Source of the DNA: the human T2T-CHM13v2.0 reference genome, Homo sapiens
NCBI RefSeq assembly: GCF_009914755.1
Contig: NC_060929.1
Strand: one strand, 5' to 3'
Length of the DNA stretch: 64,000 bases
Shown one piece after another: positions 60,558 through 64,000 of this stretch. Within the stretch, counting starts at the first letter, position 1. Every line of letters begins with the position of its first letter. A program made the translations under genes and the position numbers. Under the pieces are notes generated by a model. That model searched no databases. It was not told where the DNA came from and saw only the letters and a program-made list of their open reading frames with translations.

Positions 60558-62099
60558 TCATGTACAATATGTACAATTAGTGTCAGTCTGCCATTTCCTA
60601 GAGTATTTGCAAAGATAAGGTAGGGCACCCCAGTCCCCAGGCTTGCCTCATTGTCCATATCTTCCTGATACCTCATACCAATACCAACTGTGCCTAGTAC
60701 CTTCACATATTATAGATGCTATTGTTCTTGATTAGGTAAGAGATGGGAAAAAAAACATGAAGAGCTCTAATTTATATTTTAACCTATAAAATTATAGAAT
60801 AAAAAGCACTCTCACCTGGGAAAGAGAAAACTTTAAAAAAAAGAAAGAAAACCCTACAGCTTTTTTTTCAAAGTCTAAAAGGGATATGAAAAACATAGAA
60901 CAGTAATGTGTTAATAAAATAGATCAATTCAGTGCGAATAAAATAAAATTTCAAAATTGTAATGAGCTAAGCTTTGGCATAGGGTACTTAGTAAAATGTA
61001 TTATTTTATTGCAAACACCAAAACCAAAACCAAAAAAAAAAAATTCATTGTCTTATTAGGACACTATTTTGATCATTCTCTAATATTAAATCTTTGACCT
61101 TGTTTACATAGAAGGCACATTTACAACAACATGAAGAAAATTTGGGATGATACAGGCAAAACTTTTGTGCTCACAATTCACAACAATTCTTTTATGTGCC
61201 AGGAATTGTGTTCAGGTCTTGCCTTGGACTCTTTACAGAGATACTAGCTCCTTCAGTCTTTACAACGTTCCTATGAGTTATCTATTCTTAACCCTACTGT
61301 ATAGATAGGAAAATATACACTTCTCATGATGACAAAGCTCATTAGAAGCAGAAAGAAAATTTCAACCCAAATCATGTGTATGTCAATCACACCACTTTGC
61401 TGTCACTTATCAATTTTATAATTGTGAAAGACTATTAATTTCAATTACAAATAAACATCTAATAATGCTTCTTTGTTGAAAATAATTATATAACTATTTA
61501 GACCACCTCTTCTGAATATTGACGTGGAAATCACTGAAATACTACGCTCAGCAATGTGCTGCTCCTGGGAAACATCCTTCAACAATCACTCCTGAGTGCT
61601 CACCATGTGGCAGGTAATATCTAAGCACTGAGAATTGTGTACTAATCAATTATGAACCAGCCAGCATCCTACTAGAGACAGAGTAGCAAAGCAGTAAACA
61701 TATAAATAAAACCATTCTAAATGCCAACAAACAAAGACTCATGATGTGAAGGTAAATGTAAAGGAGTAGCAACTTTAGCTAAAGGTGTTCAGGAAATATC
61801 TATTTGTGAAGGTTAAGATCTGAGCTAAGATTGGGGAGGCAGAGAAAACAACCAATGTAAAAATTCCTAAGGAAGGACCAAGCGTCAAAAAACAGAAATA
61901 AGTCTAATAAAGCTAGTGAATAGTCTGCAAAAGGGGAAAACAATACAAGCTGAGTTTGAAAGGGTCAGCAGGGAATCATTCAGGGCCCTGGTCAAGTTAA
62001 TTCTAAGTTATCAGAAGGTTTCATTTGGAGGACGCAGAGAGTTATAAGATCCAATTAAAAATAAAAATAAAAAAACCTCACAGAGAAGGTAATAGTTTC

Positions 62100-62243
62100 A
62101 TATACTTATATATGTATGTGACATACATATGTATATGATTACCATATATATACACGCCATATATATATATACACACATGCCATATATATATGTATATATA
62201 ACATGTATATATATATATGTATGTGTGTGTACATATATATATA
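62100..62243. repeat. Degenerate (TA/CA/TG)n low-complexity repeat
   Basis: Read directly. Confidence 0.92.
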
Positions 62244-63905
62244 ACTGGGTCCATTCATTTTCCTGCACTTCTGTTCCAAATATATTTCTCAAAGTCAAAC
62301 TCTTAAGGGCTGATGCCAAATAAGATGACTATGCCTTCAGGCAGGAAGAAATACAATTCCGTAATTCTGGTAATTCTGATTCATCTTGTTCTTTCTGTCT
62401 AGATGACAGTTTTCTTTTTGGTAACTGACATTGAAATATAGAACCTGCAAAATCAGCCATTTATCACACCAAGTCACTAGAAGGCTTCACATCTGAATAG
62501 CAGGAATGTTGCCTCTTACTAAGTCACACATGTCATTTTTTCTCCAAAATAATCTGGATATGATTGCATGTGATCAGTTTGCATCATGTGAGAAAGATGT
62601 ATAGTGTTCTCCCTCATCCTCATTATGATTTGCATTATACTGAGCCATCACTCCAAATGCTCCATTATGGACGAGGTGCAACCATGGTGATTTTATTTTT
62701 CACTGATCTGGGGAAGCAAAAGAGACTGTCATCAACAGTTGATTATGGCATCCTACATTTCTGCTGTAACACAACCCTGAAATAACAGTAGATGGCAAAT
62801 TTTTAAGTCACTTTTTGTCAAAATAATACCTATCATGTCTACTTTGCACCACATATATGCTGTTAGAAGAAAATAATTTCCTTCTTTATAAAATAAAATC
62901 TAAAATCCCCATTTCAGGGTAGAGTCAAGATAAGAGTCTATCATATATAGTTTTATCTGTGAATACTATGTTTAACTTCAGGGAAAATAGACATGAATGG
63001 AAATAAACATATATTTACTTTACTTAAGTGGCAGGGCATTATCCATGAGCTTGTGTACAAGAAAAATGTCATAACATAATCATAAATGTGGCATTTATTG
63101 GAAAAATGATCACCTCCATAAGCCATTTACAACCAAAGTGTCAACAATACTCTTAGTTTCTTTGTGAAATTTTAGATAACTTTATTTAAATATATCAAAT
63201 TTTATTCGTGAATTCTACAAAAGCATAGACGCAAATAAATAATAATGGATTTCCACACCAGAGTAGAGAACTCAAAAACTAGCAGCTTTTTGAACACTTC
63301 TGTCTACAGAGAGCACTGGAACATTGGTGGCATAAGCAAACAATAAATTGCCAAGCAACTTGTATTTTCATACATTGTTCTTTACTTCTCTTGGTGTGAT
63401 AAAAATTGGTCCTCTCAAGGTAGAGAGTGACTGGAGTAAAAAAGTGAACACATTAGTGTCTCCCTAACATCACTATTTCACATGGCTCACATGTTCCCAC
63501 ACCATCAAAAGCCTAAACCTGAATAATGCAGGCCCTGGCCCTGCTTACTGAGAATACTCATTACTATTATTGTTTTATTATCTAGGTTGTAAACTCTTTC
63601 ATAAAGCTCTCAAAAAATCACCTACTTAAAAAAATCACAAAGGAAAAGATAGAACAAAAACTGCTAAAAAGTTGGAAAAAACTTTTCTGAATCTTTGTAA
63701 AAACTTTGGTGAATAGAAGCATATTAATAAGTATACAATTCAGGATAAAATGCTTATTAGTAGAGAACAAAAACATTAAAATATAAATGATTTTAGTATT
63801 ACAATTAAAAGGAATAGATTTTCAGGTTTGATAAATAAAAAGACTCAACTATATATTATCTACAAAAAGCTCACTTGAAACACACACATTGAAAATAAAA
63901 TATAA

Positions 63906-64000
63906 GGCTGGGTGCAGTGGCTCACGCGTGTGATTCTAGCACCTTAGGAAGCCAAGGCGGTGGGTCACCTGTCAGGAGTTCGAGACCAGCCTGGCCAACA
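63906..64000 (+). mobile_element. Alu 5' part, running off the window end
   Basis: ggctgggtgcagtggctcacg...ggagttcgagaccagcctggccaaca. Confidence 0.95.

Noticed and set aside
62330-62790. Acceptor-like sites and short open frames on both strands
   Set aside because: No convincing paired donor and no recognisable peptide

Overview
AT-rich, CpG-poor primate (human-like) intronic or intergenic DNA. I see no CpG island and no recognisable cellular protein-coding gene; every ORF-track protein I can identify derives from Alu, L1, Tigger1 or microsatellite sequence. The window holds a full-length, decayed L1PA4-like element (15760-21902, minus) inside a MaLR LTR, a full-length Tigger1 interrupted by a short L1, a twin-primed L1PA2-like insertion, two further 5'-truncated L1PA copies, about 11 Alu pieces, several LTRs, and old L1M/L2/MIR fragments. 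The least expected pattern is three separate short (38-161 bp) same-orientation copies of sequence lying 1.4-1.7 kb away, consistent with locally templated repair insertions, plus several small tandem duplications. Repeat-free islands contain candidate spliced exons, a TATA-plus-donor first-exon-like unit and a dense ARE/CCAAT/E-box motif cluster; all of these are unverified. I found no convincing new biological system. Subfamily names come from recalled consensus features, and boundaries of old repeats are approximate.
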